From an uncultured delta proteobacterium (GTDB lineage Bacteria; Myxococcota; Myxococcia; Myxococcales; Myxococcaceae): a stretch of DNA of 64,000 bases. This document shows, in pieces, positions 20,556 to 29,758 of the stretch; the first letter of the stretch is position 1, and each line of letters opens with the position of its first letter. The notes under the pieces are model-generated. The model was not told where the DNA came from. It did no database searches and saw only the letters and a list, made by a program, of their open reading frames with translations. The position numbers were made by a program, and so were the translations under genes. The stretch is taken from the NCBI GenBank assembly GCA_963776345.1, contig CAVZMH010000015.1, positions 416,001 to 480,000 of the forward strand, written 5' to 3'.

Positions 20556-20832
20556 CGTCGGTGCCCGTCGGAGCGGGCTTCGACGGCCCGCCCCGGGTGG
20601 GCTCGAGAGGGACGGTCCGGTCCCCGCCCTTGTGCTCCAGCAATTCCTGGACGCGGAGCTCGGCCTGCTGCAGCAGCGCCTCGCCCCGCTTCACCAGCTG
20701 GATGCCCTTCTCGAACTCCTCCAGCGAGTCCTCGAGGCTCAGCTGGCCCCCTTCGAGCTTCTTGACCACCTCCTCGAGGCGGTCCACGACGTCGCTGTAG
20801 CGCTCGCTGGGCTGCTCTTCTCGGGTGGCCAC
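20536..20832 (-). CDS. xseB: Exodeoxyribonuclease VII small subunit with C-terminal DDDDIPF tail
   Basis: LEEVVKKLEGGQLSLEDSLEEFEKGIQL...AELRV core; adjacent to xseA. Confidence 0.93.
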   Translation of the reverse strand: MATREEQPSERYSDVVDRLEEVVKKLEGGQLSLEDSLEEFEKGIQLVKRGEALLQQAELRVQELLEHKGGDRTVPLEPTRGGPSKPAPTGTDDDDIPF

Positions 20833-20893
20833 GGGAGACTGCCTCTACCGCCCGGCCGGGCGAGGCGCAACCGCCGCGGGCCGGCCCGTGTTC

Positions 20894-22699
20894 TCAGTCT
20901 CCCGCTGCGGGTTCGACCCGGGTGATGGTGGCCTCGGCCTCGTCGCACTCCCCGAGCGAGGCGCGCCCGGGCGGCGCCCAGCGGAGCCGAACCGTCGCCC
21001 CGGGCTGCAGCTCGCCGGCGCGGCGGACCAGGTGTCCGTCGTCCGTGCGGTGGACGACAGCGTATCCGCGGGCCATCACCCGGAGCGGGCTCAGCCCGTC
21101 GAGCCGGCCGGCGTGCATCTGCACCGCCCCCTTCGCCTGGGCGAGGCGGGCCCGCGCCACCCGCTCGAGCCGGTGCCGCGCCGAGACCAGGGCCGCGCCC
21201 TCGAGCCCGAGCCGCGCCCTCTGGACCTCGGCCAGCCGCCAGCGCAGCCGCTCCAGCCGCGCCCGGCGCTCGCCGAGCAGAGCCTCGGGGCGGAAGCGCT
21301 CCAGCCGGCCGCGCAGCTCCATCAGCCGCCCGCGCTCGCCCCGGAGCCGCTCGGTCCACAGCCGGCCGAGCGTCCGCTCCTGCTCGATGAGCCCGTGGCG
21401 GCAGCGGGTGACCTCCTGGCGCGGGTCGCGCAGCCGCCGCTCGTGCTGCCGGAGGCGCTCGCGAGCTCGCGCCACGGCGCCGCCGACCGCCTGCCGGAGC
21501 CGGGTACGTGCAGTCCGGAGGTCGTCGAGCAGCGCCTCCCGCTCCGGCGCGAGCAGCTCGGCGGCTGCGCTGGGAGTCGGCGCGCGCGCGTCGGCGACGA
21601 AGTCGGCGATGGTGAAGTCCACCTCGTGGCCCACCGCCGAGACCACTGGCACCGGGCTGGCGGCGATCGCCCGCGCCACGGCCTCCTCGTTGAACGTCCA
21701 GAGGTCCTCGGCGCTGCCTCCTCCGCGCGTGACGACGATGACGTCCACGTCGGTGCGCGCGAGCCGCTGGAGCGCCCGGACCACCTCGTCCGTCGCCCCG
21801 GGGCCCTGGACCCGGGCGTGGCAGAGAAGCACGGAGAGTCGCGGGTTGCGCCGGTGGAGCACGTGGAGGAAGTCTTGGAGCGCCGCACCCGAGCGGCTGG
21901 TCACCACGCCGATGCGCCGGGGCAGGAACGGCAGCGGCCGCGGAGGTCGGAGCCGGTTCTCGCCCATCAGCCCCTCGGCGATGAGCCGGTCCCGGAGCTG
22001 GGCGAAGGCGATCGCCAGGGCGCCGGCGCCGGACGGCTCGATGCGCTGGACGATGAGGTTGTACTGGCCAGCCTTCTCGTACACGTCGAGGTTGCCCTCG
22101 GCGACGACCTCCATCCCCTCTTCCAGGCGGAACCGGAGGCGCTGGACGACGCTGGCCCAGATCTTCACGTCGATGGAGGCGCCGGCGTCCTTGAGCTTGA
22201 AGAACAGGTGGCCGCTGGCGTGAGGCCCCCGGAAGTTGCTGACCTCCCCGCGGACCAGCACCCGGCGGAACCCCTCGACCAGCACGCCCTTCACCGCCTG
22301 GGTGAGCTCGGTGACGGTGAGCACGATTCGCTCGGGCGGCCGCGCGGCCGGGGTGGCGGCGGGCGTCTCGATGCGCACCACCTCGGTGGTGGAGGTCCAC
22401 CGGACGGCCGCTCCCCGCTCCCGCGGTCGCGACGGCGTGAGGTCGACGCGGACGGTCTCGCGGCTGACGGCGAGCTCGGTGCGGGGCTCGGGCTCGAGCG
22501 GCTCGACCTGGCCCCTCGACCGCGCGAGCCGCGGCGGCGGACCGACCGCGGGCGGCTCGACGTCCGGCGGCGGACCGGGAGCTCGCGGCGCTGCGGCCGG
22601 CGTCGCGGGCCTGCGCTCGACCCGGGCCTCGGGCTGACCGAAGAGGTCCCCCTGCTGCGTCGAGGGCGCGGACGGGACGAGGCTCTTGACCTTCTTCAT
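20894..22699 (-). CDS. xseA: Exodeoxyribonuclease VII large subunit with Pro-rich N-terminal extension
   Basis: OB fold (VRGEVSN, SGHLFFKLKD), IGVVTS, RGGGSAEDLW, SAVGHEVDFT, PTPSAAAE, LSPLRVMARGY. Confidence 0.93.
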   Translation of the reverse strand: MKKVKSLVPSAPSTQQGDLFGQPEARVERRPATPAAAPRAPGPPPDVEPPAVGPPPRLARSRGQVEPLEPEPRTELAVSRETVRVDLTPSRPRERGAAVRWTSTTEVVRIETPAATPAARPPERIVLTVTELTQAVKGVLVEGFRRVLVRGEVSNFRGPHASGHLFFKLKDAGASIDVKIWASVVQRLRFRLEEGMEVVAEGNLDVYEKAGQYNLIVQRIEPSGAGALAIAFAQLRDRLIAEGLMGENRLRPPRPLPFLPRRIGVVTSRSGAALQDFLHVLHRRNPRLSVLLCHARVQGPGATDEVVRALQRLARTDVDVIVVTRGGGSAEDLWTFNEEAVARAIAASPVPVVSAVGHEVDFTIADFVADARAPTPSAAAELLAPEREALLDDLRTARTRLRQAVGGAVARARERLRQHERRLRDPRQEVTRCRHGLIEQERTLGRLWTERLRGERGRLMELRGRLERFRPEALLGERRARLERLRWRLAEVQRARLGLEGAALVSARHRLERVARARLAQAKGAVQMHAGRLDGLSPLRVMARGYAVVHRTDDGHLVRRAGELQPGATVRLRWAPPGRASLGECDEAEATITRVEPAAGD

Positions 22700-22770
22700 G
22701 GACACGGGCGTCGGGCTCCAGCGCTGGAGTATGCCGTGGGACTGACGCTCGCCGCTCCCCCCTCGGGCGT

Positions 22771-23979
22771 TCAGCGCTCCGGCGCGTCGGACGGCAGCTG
22801 GAGGGAGAACCCCCGGGCGATCTCCGCGGCCCGCTTCGCCTCCGGGGTACCGGGGAACTCCCGGGTCACCTTGGAGCAGCTGAGCACCGCGTCCGGCCCG
22901 CGCTGGAGCGACGCCTCGAGCTCGCACTGCTCCATGAGCAGCGCCTTCCGCTCGTCACCACGGGCAGTCTCGAGCTTGCGGAGGATCTCGGCGTGCCGGG
23001 CCTCCTGCTCGGGGGTGCCCATCCCCACGCGGGCGGACTGCATCGGAATGGACTGTAGCGTTCCCTTTCCACCTGCGGCCACCGGCGACGCCTTCGCGAG
23101 TGGCTTGCTCGGCAGGGAGGCCTTGCTCGACAACTCGCTCGGTGTGCGCTCGGCGCTGGCGACGGCATCGGAGGCCGCGGCGACCTTCGCGGCGTCCTTC
23201 GGCGACGCCGGGGCTCCTGCTCCCGCCAGGGCGCCTGCCCCGGCAACGGCGCTCGACGCACCGGTGAGGCCCGACACATTCGCGCGGGCAGCGGGACGAT
23301 CCGCGGGCGCGGCTTCGGCATGACGCTGCGCCGGAGCCTCCGCGACCGCCATGCGCTCGGCGGGCGCATCGAGCTTCGCCACGTCCTTCCGCCGGGCCTC
23401 GGCCTCGAAACGGGTCTCCGGGGCACGCCGCCCGGGAGCGGTCTGCTCCTCGACCACCGCCCGCTCCTTCTTCGCCACGAGCGGCTCGGCGGCCGGCGCC
23501 GCGGGCTTCATCGCCGCCGGCCCGGTCGCCCCCTTCTCCTCGTCGCGGGCGCGGTCGCCCTGGACTGGTGCACGCGGCAGCTCGGCCTGGGCCAGCGTGT
23601 CCGGGGCGCTCGGCGCGGTCACCCGGGCCACGCTCTCGGCCTGCTTCTGCGGAGCGGGGAGGACGAGCCAGGCGACGGCGAGCGCCGCGGCCGCCGAGAG
23701 GATTCCGAGGATCCGCAGGCCGCCCCGCCGGGACCGGGCGCGCGCCGCCGCCTGCTCTCCGTAGGCGAGGAGCGACTCCAGGCCGCGCTCGGGGGCCGGT
23801 TCGGTCGGAGCGGACCGGAACGCGCTCCGGACCTTGGCGATGCCATCGAGCGTGCCGCGACACCGGGCGCAGCCGTCGACGTGCTCCCGCAGCGCGCGCG
23901 CCTCGGAGGCAGGCACCTCGCCGTACGCCAGCTCGAGCAGCCGGTCGTCCTCGGGGTGGGCCGGGACCTGGGGCCTCAT
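22771..23979 (-). CDS. Zinc-binding (ZAS/zf-HC2) membrane-anchored anti-sigma factor
   Basis: HVDGCARC (HxxxCxxC), one TM, Ala/Pro-rich periplasmic part; ATGA overlap with sigma gene. Confidence 0.82.
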   Translation of the reverse strand: MRPQVPAHPEDDRLLELAYGEVPASEARALREHVDGCARCRGTLDGIAKVRSAFRSAPTEPAPERGLESLLAYGEQAAARARSRRGGLRILGILSAAAALAVAWLVLPAPQKQAESVARVTAPSAPDTLAQAELPRAPVQGDRARDEEKGATGPAAMKPAAPAAEPLVAKKERAVVEEQTAPGRRAPETRFEAEARRKDVAKLDAPAERMAVAEAPAQRHAEAAPADRPAARANVSGLTGASSAVAGAGALAGAGAPASPKDAAKVAAASDAVASAERTPSELSSKASLPSKPLAKASPVAAGGKGTLQSIPMQSARVGMGTPEQEARHAEILRKLETARGDERKALLMEQCELEASLQRGPDAVLSCSKVTREFPGTPEAKRAAEIARGFSLQLPSDAPER

Positions 23980-24521
23980 GCCACCTGCCCTCCCGCGGGC
24001 GCGTCGATGCCCGCCTCGGTCAGCCGCGTCCGCAGCGCCTCGAGCGCGTAGCGCATCCGGCTCTTCACCGTGGGCTCGGGTGCGCCGGTCATCCGGGCGA
24101 TCTCCTGGAAGGGGATGCCGGCCATCTCACGGAGAAGGAACACCTCACGCTGCGCCTCGGGGAGCGCGGCGATGGCGGACTCGAGTACCGGGCGCAGCTC
24201 GGACGCCGCGGCGGCACGCTCCGGGTCCGCTCCCTCGGCGGACATCCGCTCGGCCTCCAGCGGCTCGGCCGCCCGGGCTCGCTCTCGTCGTGCTCCGTCC
24301 ACGCAGGCATTCCTCGCGATGGTGTACAGCCAGGTGGTGAAGCGTGCACGCGGGCTCCAGTCCGACGACGCCCGCACCACCTTCAGCCAGGTCTCCTGGA
24401 GGATGTCCTCCGCCCGCGCCCGGTCCTGCGTCCACCGCAGGACGAACGCGAACACCGCCGCCCGGTGCCGCCGCACCAGCTCCGGAAAGGCCCGGGCGTC
24501 GCCCCGCTGGAACCTCCGCAT
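23976..24521 (-). CDS. ECF sigma-70 family RNA polymerase sigma factor
   Basis: AEDILQETW, FTTWLYTIARN, LPEAQREVFLL, TVKSRMRYA; true start may lie upstream. Confidence 0.9.
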   Translation of the reverse strand: MRRFQRGDARAFPELVRRHRAAVFAFVLRWTQDRARAEDILQETWLKVVRASSDWSPRARFTTWLYTIARNACVDGARRERARAAEPLEAERMSAEGADPERAAAASELRPVLESAIAALPEAQREVFLLREMAGIPFQEIARMTGAPEPTVKSRMRYALEALRTRLTEAGIDAPAGGQVA

Positions 24522-24660
24522 CAGGACCTCGTCGGGGGTCGTGTCGTCGGGCGTGTCGATGCGGCCTCCGCCGGTGCTCCGTCCATGCGCCCTGGAACGC
24601 GAGAGCCCGGCCGATGGATCTACGGCTCGGGGAGAGTGTGTCAGCCCGCCTGGTGGGCTG

Positions 24661-25431
24661 TCATGGGAGGGAGCCCGGGGGGGCCACCTCCTCCACGGGC
24701 ACACCCGGCGGGGGCTCGGGGGTGAAGAGCGAGACATCCGGCTGCTCGCCCAGGTGAAGGTCGGTGTACTGGAGCGCCACCGAGCCCTCGCCCGAGAAGG
24801 TGATGCTGCGCGGAAACGGCGCGCCCCGGACGTCCTCGAAGCCCTCGAAGGTCAGCGTGTACCCGCCCGGGCCGTCCAGGTGGCTCCGCACCACCCGGCG
24901 GCGCCACGGATCCACCCAGAGGTCCTGGGTCCGTCCCCCGGCGCGGAGCGTCACCCGGAAGGCGTTCGCCTCGGCGTCGACGGCGAGCGTGGGCGCCGGG
25001 TCGGCCAGGCGCGGCGCGCGGCCGAGGAGCATCGAGACCAGCTGCTCGGGCGGGAGCGAGACCGGAAGCACGCGGGACACGTTCCCCGCGCTCGCCGCTC
25101 CACGCTGCCACACCCCGGCGTCCGAGGCGTACATCACGAACCGCTGTCCGTCCGAGATGAGGATGCCCGACGGCTTGCCGAAGAAATCGAGCACCTCCAG
25201 GTGGACGGAGGCGGGGGCGGCGGCGGCGACGAAGAGCTGGACGTTGCCCTTCTTCCCGCGAGCGTCTACACGGGCCTTCGCCTGGCTCTGCAGCCGGGCA
25301 ACGTGGGCGTCGACCGCGTCCACCTCGGAGAGCAACGCCGTGGCGTCCGGTGGAGGGACGCTGCGCACGTCCACCCGGGGAGGACAACCAGTGAGCAGGA
25401 GGAGGAACAATGGCCAGCCGCGCCTGTTCAT
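24661..25431 (-). CDS. LolB/DUF4292-like outer-membrane lipoprotein
   Basis: MNRRGWPLFLLLLTGC lipobox; HLEVLDFFG and FPRSITF segments. Confidence 0.65.
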   Translation of the reverse strand: MNRRGWPLFLLLLTGCPPRVDVRSVPPPDATALLSEVDAVDAHVARLQSQAKARVDARGKKGNVQLFVAAAAPASVHLEVLDFFGKPSGILISDGQRFVMYASDAGVWQRGAASAGNVSRVLPVSLPPEQLVSMLLGRAPRLADPAPTLAVDAEANAFRVTLRAGGRTQDLWVDPWRRRVVRSHLDGPGGYTLTFEGFEDVRGAPFPRSITFSGEGSVALQYTDLHLGEQPDVSLFTPEPPPGVPVEEVAPPGSLP

Positions 25432-25482
25432 GGACAGCGAAAACCACGTAACGTCGGTAAAGCTCAAGGATTTGAGGGCGGA

Positions 25483-26205
25483 ATGACCTTGGAAGAGCTG
25501 TCCCACTACCTGCACCTCGGGGGCGCGACCCTGGCGGTGATCCTCGCCTCCTCGGTGCTCGCCATTGGCGTGGCCGTGGAGCGGTGGATCGCGCTCTGGA
25601 ACATGTCCGCCGACTCCCGGGCGCTGACCGACGCCGTGGGCAGGCACCTCCTGCGGGGCGACCTCTCGGCCGCCCGGGGGACCGTGGAGCGATCGGACAG
25701 CCTGCTGTCCGACGTGTACCGGGTGGCATTCGAGCGGCTGGAGCGGAGCCGGACGGTGACCCCCGGGGTCGAGGCCGCGGTGGAGCGCGAGCGGGCGCAG
25801 CTCGGGCTCCGGATGAAGAAGAACCTCTGGATCCTCGGCACCATCGGCGCGACCACGCCCTTCGTCGGCCTCTTCGGCACCGTGGCCGGCATCATGCGGA
25901 GCTTCCGGGAGCTGGGCCTGGACGTGGAGGCCGGCGGCACCGGCGGCACCGCGGCGGTGATGACCGGCATCTCCGAGGCGCTGGTGGCCACGGCGGCGGG
26001 CATCCTGGTGGCGGTCGAGGCGGTCATCCTCTTCAACTACTTCCAGTCGCGCATCGCCCGGCTGATCATCGAGATGCGGCTGCAGATCGAGGAGTTCGTG
26101 GAGCTCCTGCGCGAGCGCCCCCCCGGCCCGCCCCATCCCGAGCTGGCCCCGGTGACCAGCCCCGCCGCCCCGCTGCCCGCCGTCACCACGGCCGGGGCGA
26201 ACTAG
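25483..26205 (+). CDS. MotA/TolQ/ExbB proton channel protein
   Basis: PFVGLFGTVAGIM, GISEALVATAAG; 3 TM. Confidence 0.92.
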   Translation: MTLEELSHYLHLGGATLAVILASSVLAIGVAVERWIALWNMSADSRALTDAVGRHLLRGDLSAARGTVERSDSLLSDVYRVAFERLERSRTVTPGVEAAVERERAQLGLRMKKNLWILGTIGATTPFVGLFGTVAGIMRSFRELGLDVEAGGTGGTAAVMTGISEALVATAAGILVAVEAVILFNYFQSRIARLIIEMRLQIEEFVELLRERPPGPPHPELAPVTSPAAPLPAVTTAGAN

Positions 26206-26214
26206 GAACCACGG

Positions 26215-26673
26215 ATGGCGCTCGGACACGTTCCCGGGGCGGAGGACGATGCGGATGACTCGGTCTTCTCCGACATCAACATCACCCCGCTGACCGACAT
26301 CTTCCTGGTGCTGCTCATCATCTTCATGGTGACCAGCTCGGTCATCGTGAACCAGGGCGCCGGCGCGGCGAAGGCGGGGCTCAAAGTCAATCTCCCCAAG
26401 GGCAGCTCGGCGGACGTGATGCCCGCCTCGACGGACCTCTCGGTCGCGGTGCTGAGCGACGGCCGGTTGGTGCTCTCCGGCAACGTGGTGTCGAGCGACG
26501 AGCTGAAGAAGGCGCTCGACGACGCCCGGCAGAAGAACCCCAACACCCTGGTGGTCATCCAGGCCGACGAGGGCGTCCCCCACGGCAGGGTGGTGGAGGT
26601 GATGGAGATGGCGAAGGGCGCGGGCCTCGGCCAGCTCGCCATCGGGGTCCGCGAGGCGCCCGGCGCCAAGTAG
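26215..26673 (+). CDS. ExbD/TolR family protein
   Basis: DINITPLTDIFLVLLIIFMV, IQADEGV. Confidence 0.92.
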   Translation: MALGHVPGAEDDADDSVFSDINITPLTDIFLVLLIIFMVTSSVIVNQGAGAAKAGLKVNLPKGSSADVMPASTDLSVAVLSDGRLVLSGNVVSSDELKKALDDARQKNPNTLVVIQADEGVPHGRVVEVMEMAKGAGLGQLAIGVREAPGAK

Positions 26674-26695
26674 CTCCGGGCACCCCCTGTCGTGC

Positions 26696-28537
26696 TCAGG
26701 CCGTTCCGAGCGCCGCGTCGGGAATCTCGAGCGGCGAGGCGTCCTCGGTCGCGAGCGAGCGCGCCGACGCCTCAACTTGAGGAAGCACGTTGCGCGCGAA
26801 CCACAGGGCCGACTGCACCTTGCCGGTGTAGAACGCCTTCTCTTGCTCGGACAGGCCGCCCGCGGCGAGCGCCTTCTGCGCCACCGCGGCCGCATCGAGC
26901 AGCACCCAGGCCACCGCCACCTGCGACATCATGGTCAGGAAGCGGTTCGCCGACAGCCCGATGAGCCCGAGCCCGTTCGACTGGCTCCAGCCGAGCAGGG
27001 TCATCGCGCTCGACATCAGCGCCTCCTGCCCGGCCGCGAGCAGCTCCATCGCCTTGCCCAGCGTGGCGTCGCCCCGGTGCGCCTCGACGAAGCCGGCCAC
27101 GTCCTGGAGGAACGCCTGGAAGTTGACCCCGCCGGCCTGGCCCATCTTCCGGCCCACCAGATCCATCGCCTGGATGTGATTGGTGCCCTCGTAGATGCTG
27201 TAGATCTTCGCGTCGCGGGCGTACTGCTCCACCGGGTGGTCCTTCAGGTAGCCGGCGCCGCCGTACACCTGGATCGCCACGCCGGCGAGCCGGAACGCCT
27301 CGTCCGAGGCGAACGACTTCACCAGCGGGGTCAGGAGGTCCACCTGGCCCTTGTGGTAGGTGGCCTTCTGGTCGTCCTTCCCCGCCAGCGCCCGCGCCTG
27401 GTCGCTGTGCCAGGCGAGCTTCACGATCAGCGCGCGGATCCCCTCGGTGTGCGACTTGAGGTCGAGCAGCATCCGCCGCACGTCCGGGTGCTCGATGATC
27501 GCCACCCGCGGCACCGTGGGGTCCTTCCAGTGCGTGTAGTGTGGCCCCTGCTTCCGGTCGCGCGCGTAGTCCACCGCGTTCTGGTACGCCGCCGCCGCCG
27601 TCGCCAGGCCCTGGATGCCGACGGCGATGCGCGCGCCGTTCATCATCCGGAACATCTGGGACATGCCCAGGTTCTCCACCGTCCCGACCAGCTCGCCCTC
27701 GCAGCCGTCGTTCTCGCCGAAGGCCAGAACCGCAGTGGCAGAGCCGTTGATGCCCATCTTGTGCTCGATGGACGCCACCGCCACGTCGTTGCTCCCGCCG
27801 ACCTTGCCGCTCGCGTCGATGCGCTTCTTCGGCACGATGAACAGCGACAGGCCCTTGGTGCCCGGGGGCGCGCCCTCCACCCGCGCGAGGACGAGGTGGA
27901 CGATGTTCTCGGCGAGATCGTGGTCACCGCCGGAGATGAAGACCTTGGTTCCCTTGATGGCGTACTTGCCGTTGCCCACCCGCTTCGCGCTGGTCTTCGC
28001 CGAGCCCACGTCGCTGCCGGCGTGCGGCTCGGTGAGGCACATCGTCCCGCCCCAGGTGCCGTCGAGCATCTTCTCGGCGTAGCGCTTGGTCTGCTCCGGC
28101 GTGCCGCACTCGACGATGGTCTCCGCCGCGCCGAACGCCAGCCCCGGGTACATGTTGAAGGCCGGGTTGGCGCCGGAGAGGATCTCCTCCACCAGCGCCA
28201 CCAGCGCCTGCGGCGCGCCCTGGCCGCCGTGCTCCGCCGCGACGCCCAGCGCCTTGAACCCGTTCTCGTAGAGCTGCTTCCAGGCCTCGCGGAAGCCCTT
28301 CGGCGTCCGGACCTCTCCGGCCTCGATCCGGCAGCCTTCCCGGTCACCCGAGGCGTTGAGGGGCCCGAGCACCTCGCGGGCGAAGCGGTACGCGGCGTCC
28401 AGCACCGCCTTGGCCTCGTCCTCGCCCCAGGCGTCGTACGGCGCCTTCCCCAGCAGCTCGCCCAGGCGGAACTGCTCCAGCAGAACGAAGGAGAGCTCCC
28501 GGAGGTCCGCCTTGTACCAGTTCAGTCCAGCCGCCAT
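26696..28537 (-). CDS. Acyl-CoA dehydrogenase (long, C-terminal domain type)
   Basis: TMCLTEPHAGSD, GTKVFIS, EHKMGI, MNGARI, GGAGY, IYEGTNHIQA. Confidence 0.92.
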   Translation of the reverse strand: MAAGLNWYKADLRELSFVLLEQFRLGELLGKAPYDAWGEDEAKAVLDAAYRFAREVLGPLNASGDREGCRIEAGEVRTPKGFREAWKQLYENGFKALGVAAEHGGQGAPQALVALVEEILSGANPAFNMYPGLAFGAAETIVECGTPEQTKRYAEKMLDGTWGGTMCLTEPHAGSDVGSAKTSAKRVGNGKYAIKGTKVFISGGDHDLAENIVHLVLARVEGAPPGTKGLSLFIVPKKRIDASGKVGGSNDVAVASIEHKMGINGSATAVLAFGENDGCEGELVGTVENLGMSQMFRMMNGARIAVGIQGLATAAAAYQNAVDYARDRKQGPHYTHWKDPTVPRVAIIEHPDVRRMLLDLKSHTEGIRALIVKLAWHSDQARALAGKDDQKATYHKGQVDLLTPLVKSFASDEAFRLAGVAIQVYGGAGYLKDHPVEQYARDAKIYSIYEGTNHIQAMDLVGRKMGQAGGVNFQAFLQDVAGFVEAHRGDATLGKAMELLAAGQEALMSSAMTLLGWSQSNGLGLIGLSANRFLTMMSQVAVAWVLLDAAAVAQKALAAGGLSEQEKAFYTGKVQSALWFARNVLPQVEASARSLATEDASPLEIPDAALGTA

Positions 28538-28570
28538 CGGTCGACTCCAGAATCAACGGGACGTGGGGGA

Positions 28571-28599
28571 AGGATGTCCCCGGCTGATTCCCGAGTCAA
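28571..28599 (-). promoter_or_regulatory. Putative sigma70-type promoter for the acyl-CoA dehydrogenase
   Basis: Minus strand TTGACT-N17-CATCCT, 33 nt upstream of the ATG. Confidence 0.35.
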
Positions 28600-28647
28600 T
28601 CCGAAATGACGCCCCGCGTCGCCAGGGCCTGCAGGGGGGCGACAGCC

Positions 28648-29286
28648 CTACTTCTTGCGCGGCTTCCTGGTCGCCCCGGGGGCCTTCCGGAGGGCCGGAG
28701 ACTCCCGGGGGGAGGCCTTCTTGACCCCGGAGACGGGGGTGGCCGCCGGCTCCTTCCGCGCCGGAGCGGGCGGTGAAGGCGGTGGGAGGATGCTCTCCTT
28801 GGGCGCGGGGATCATCACCGGGGGCTGCCCCGAGCGCTGGCGGTTCTCGTCCTCGAGCGAGTGGAAGAGCTGGATCTGCGCGCCGCCGCGGAGCACCAGC
28901 TCGCCCTTCTGGTTCTCCACCCAGACGTCCAGCTCGGCGAAGTAGCGGCCCTCGTCGCCCCAGCGCTCGGTCACCCGGCCCTTGCAGACCACGGTGTCGC
29001 CCGGCCAGACGATCTTCGAGAACTTCACCGAGTACCGCCGGAGCTGCGCGCCCCGCGCCCAGTCGGACACCAGCTGGCCGAGGAAGCCCATGATCAGCAT
29101 GCCCGGGGCGTAGACGCTGGGCATGCCCAGGCTCCGGGCGTACGTCTCATCGACGTGCACCGGGTTGAAGTCCCCCGAGGCACCGGCGTAGCGCGCCAGC
29201 TGCACCCGGTCCAGCGGAGGCTTGGAGAGCGCGGGGAGCTCCTCTCCAACCCGCACCGCTTCGAAGTAGAGCTTGCGAGAGGCCAT
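28648..29286 (-). CDS. MaoC family (hot-dog) dehydratase with Pro/Lys-rich tail
   Basis: Hydratase motif YAGASGDFNPVH, APGM, VWPGD. Confidence 0.88.
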   Translation of the reverse strand: MASRKLYFEAVRVGEELPALSKPPLDRVQLARYAGASGDFNPVHVDETYARSLGMPSVYAPGMLIMGFLGQLVSDWARGAQLRRYSVKFSKIVWPGDTVVCKGRVTERWGDEGRYFAELDVWVENQKGELVLRGGAQIQLFHSLEDENRQRSGQPPVMIPAPKESILPPPSPPAPARKEPAATPVSGVKKASPRESPALRKAPGATRKPRKK

Positions 29287-29293
29287 GGACGGG

Positions 29294-29740
29294 TCAGCTC
29301 TCCTTGCTGGCGCGCACCACCAGCGTGCGCCGGGCCTTGAAGACGAGGTTGCCCTCCTCGTCGCGCCCCTCGTCCTCGATGACCGCGACGTCCATCTTCC
29401 CCGAAGGCCCGGTGCGCTCGAGCACCTCGGCCACCCGGGTGGAGACGTAGATGCGGTCCCCGGCGAAGATGGGGCGGTCGTACTCGAACGCCTGCTCGGC
29501 GTGCAGCAGGCTCTTGATGCCGACGCCGAGGAGCTCGCGCAGGTCGGCCGCCGACTGGAAGCTGGCCGGGAACGTGGGCGGGGCGACGATGGTTGGGTAA
29601 CCGGCCGCCCGGGCGTACTCCTCGTCGTAGTACATGGGGTTGAAGTCGCCGAGCGCCTCCGCGAACCGGCGGATCGCCCCCTTCTCGACCTCGTTCAGGG
29701 TCGGCGGGGAGGAGCGACCGATGGCGTTCTTGTCCAGCAT
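29294..29740 (-). CDS. MaoC N-terminal/FAS1-like dehydratase subunit (HadA-like)
   Basis: IRRFAEALGD, APPTF, LLHAEQAFEY. Confidence 0.85.
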   Translation of the reverse strand: MLDKNAIGRSSPPTLNEVEKGAIRRFAEALGDFNPMYYDEEYARAAGYPTIVAPPTFPASFQSAADLRELLGVGIKSLLHAEQAFEYDRPIFAGDRIYVSTRVAEVLERTGPSGKMDVAVIEDEGRDEEGNLVFKARRTLVVRASKES

Positions 29741-29758
29741 GTCAGGTCCTCTTCTGGA

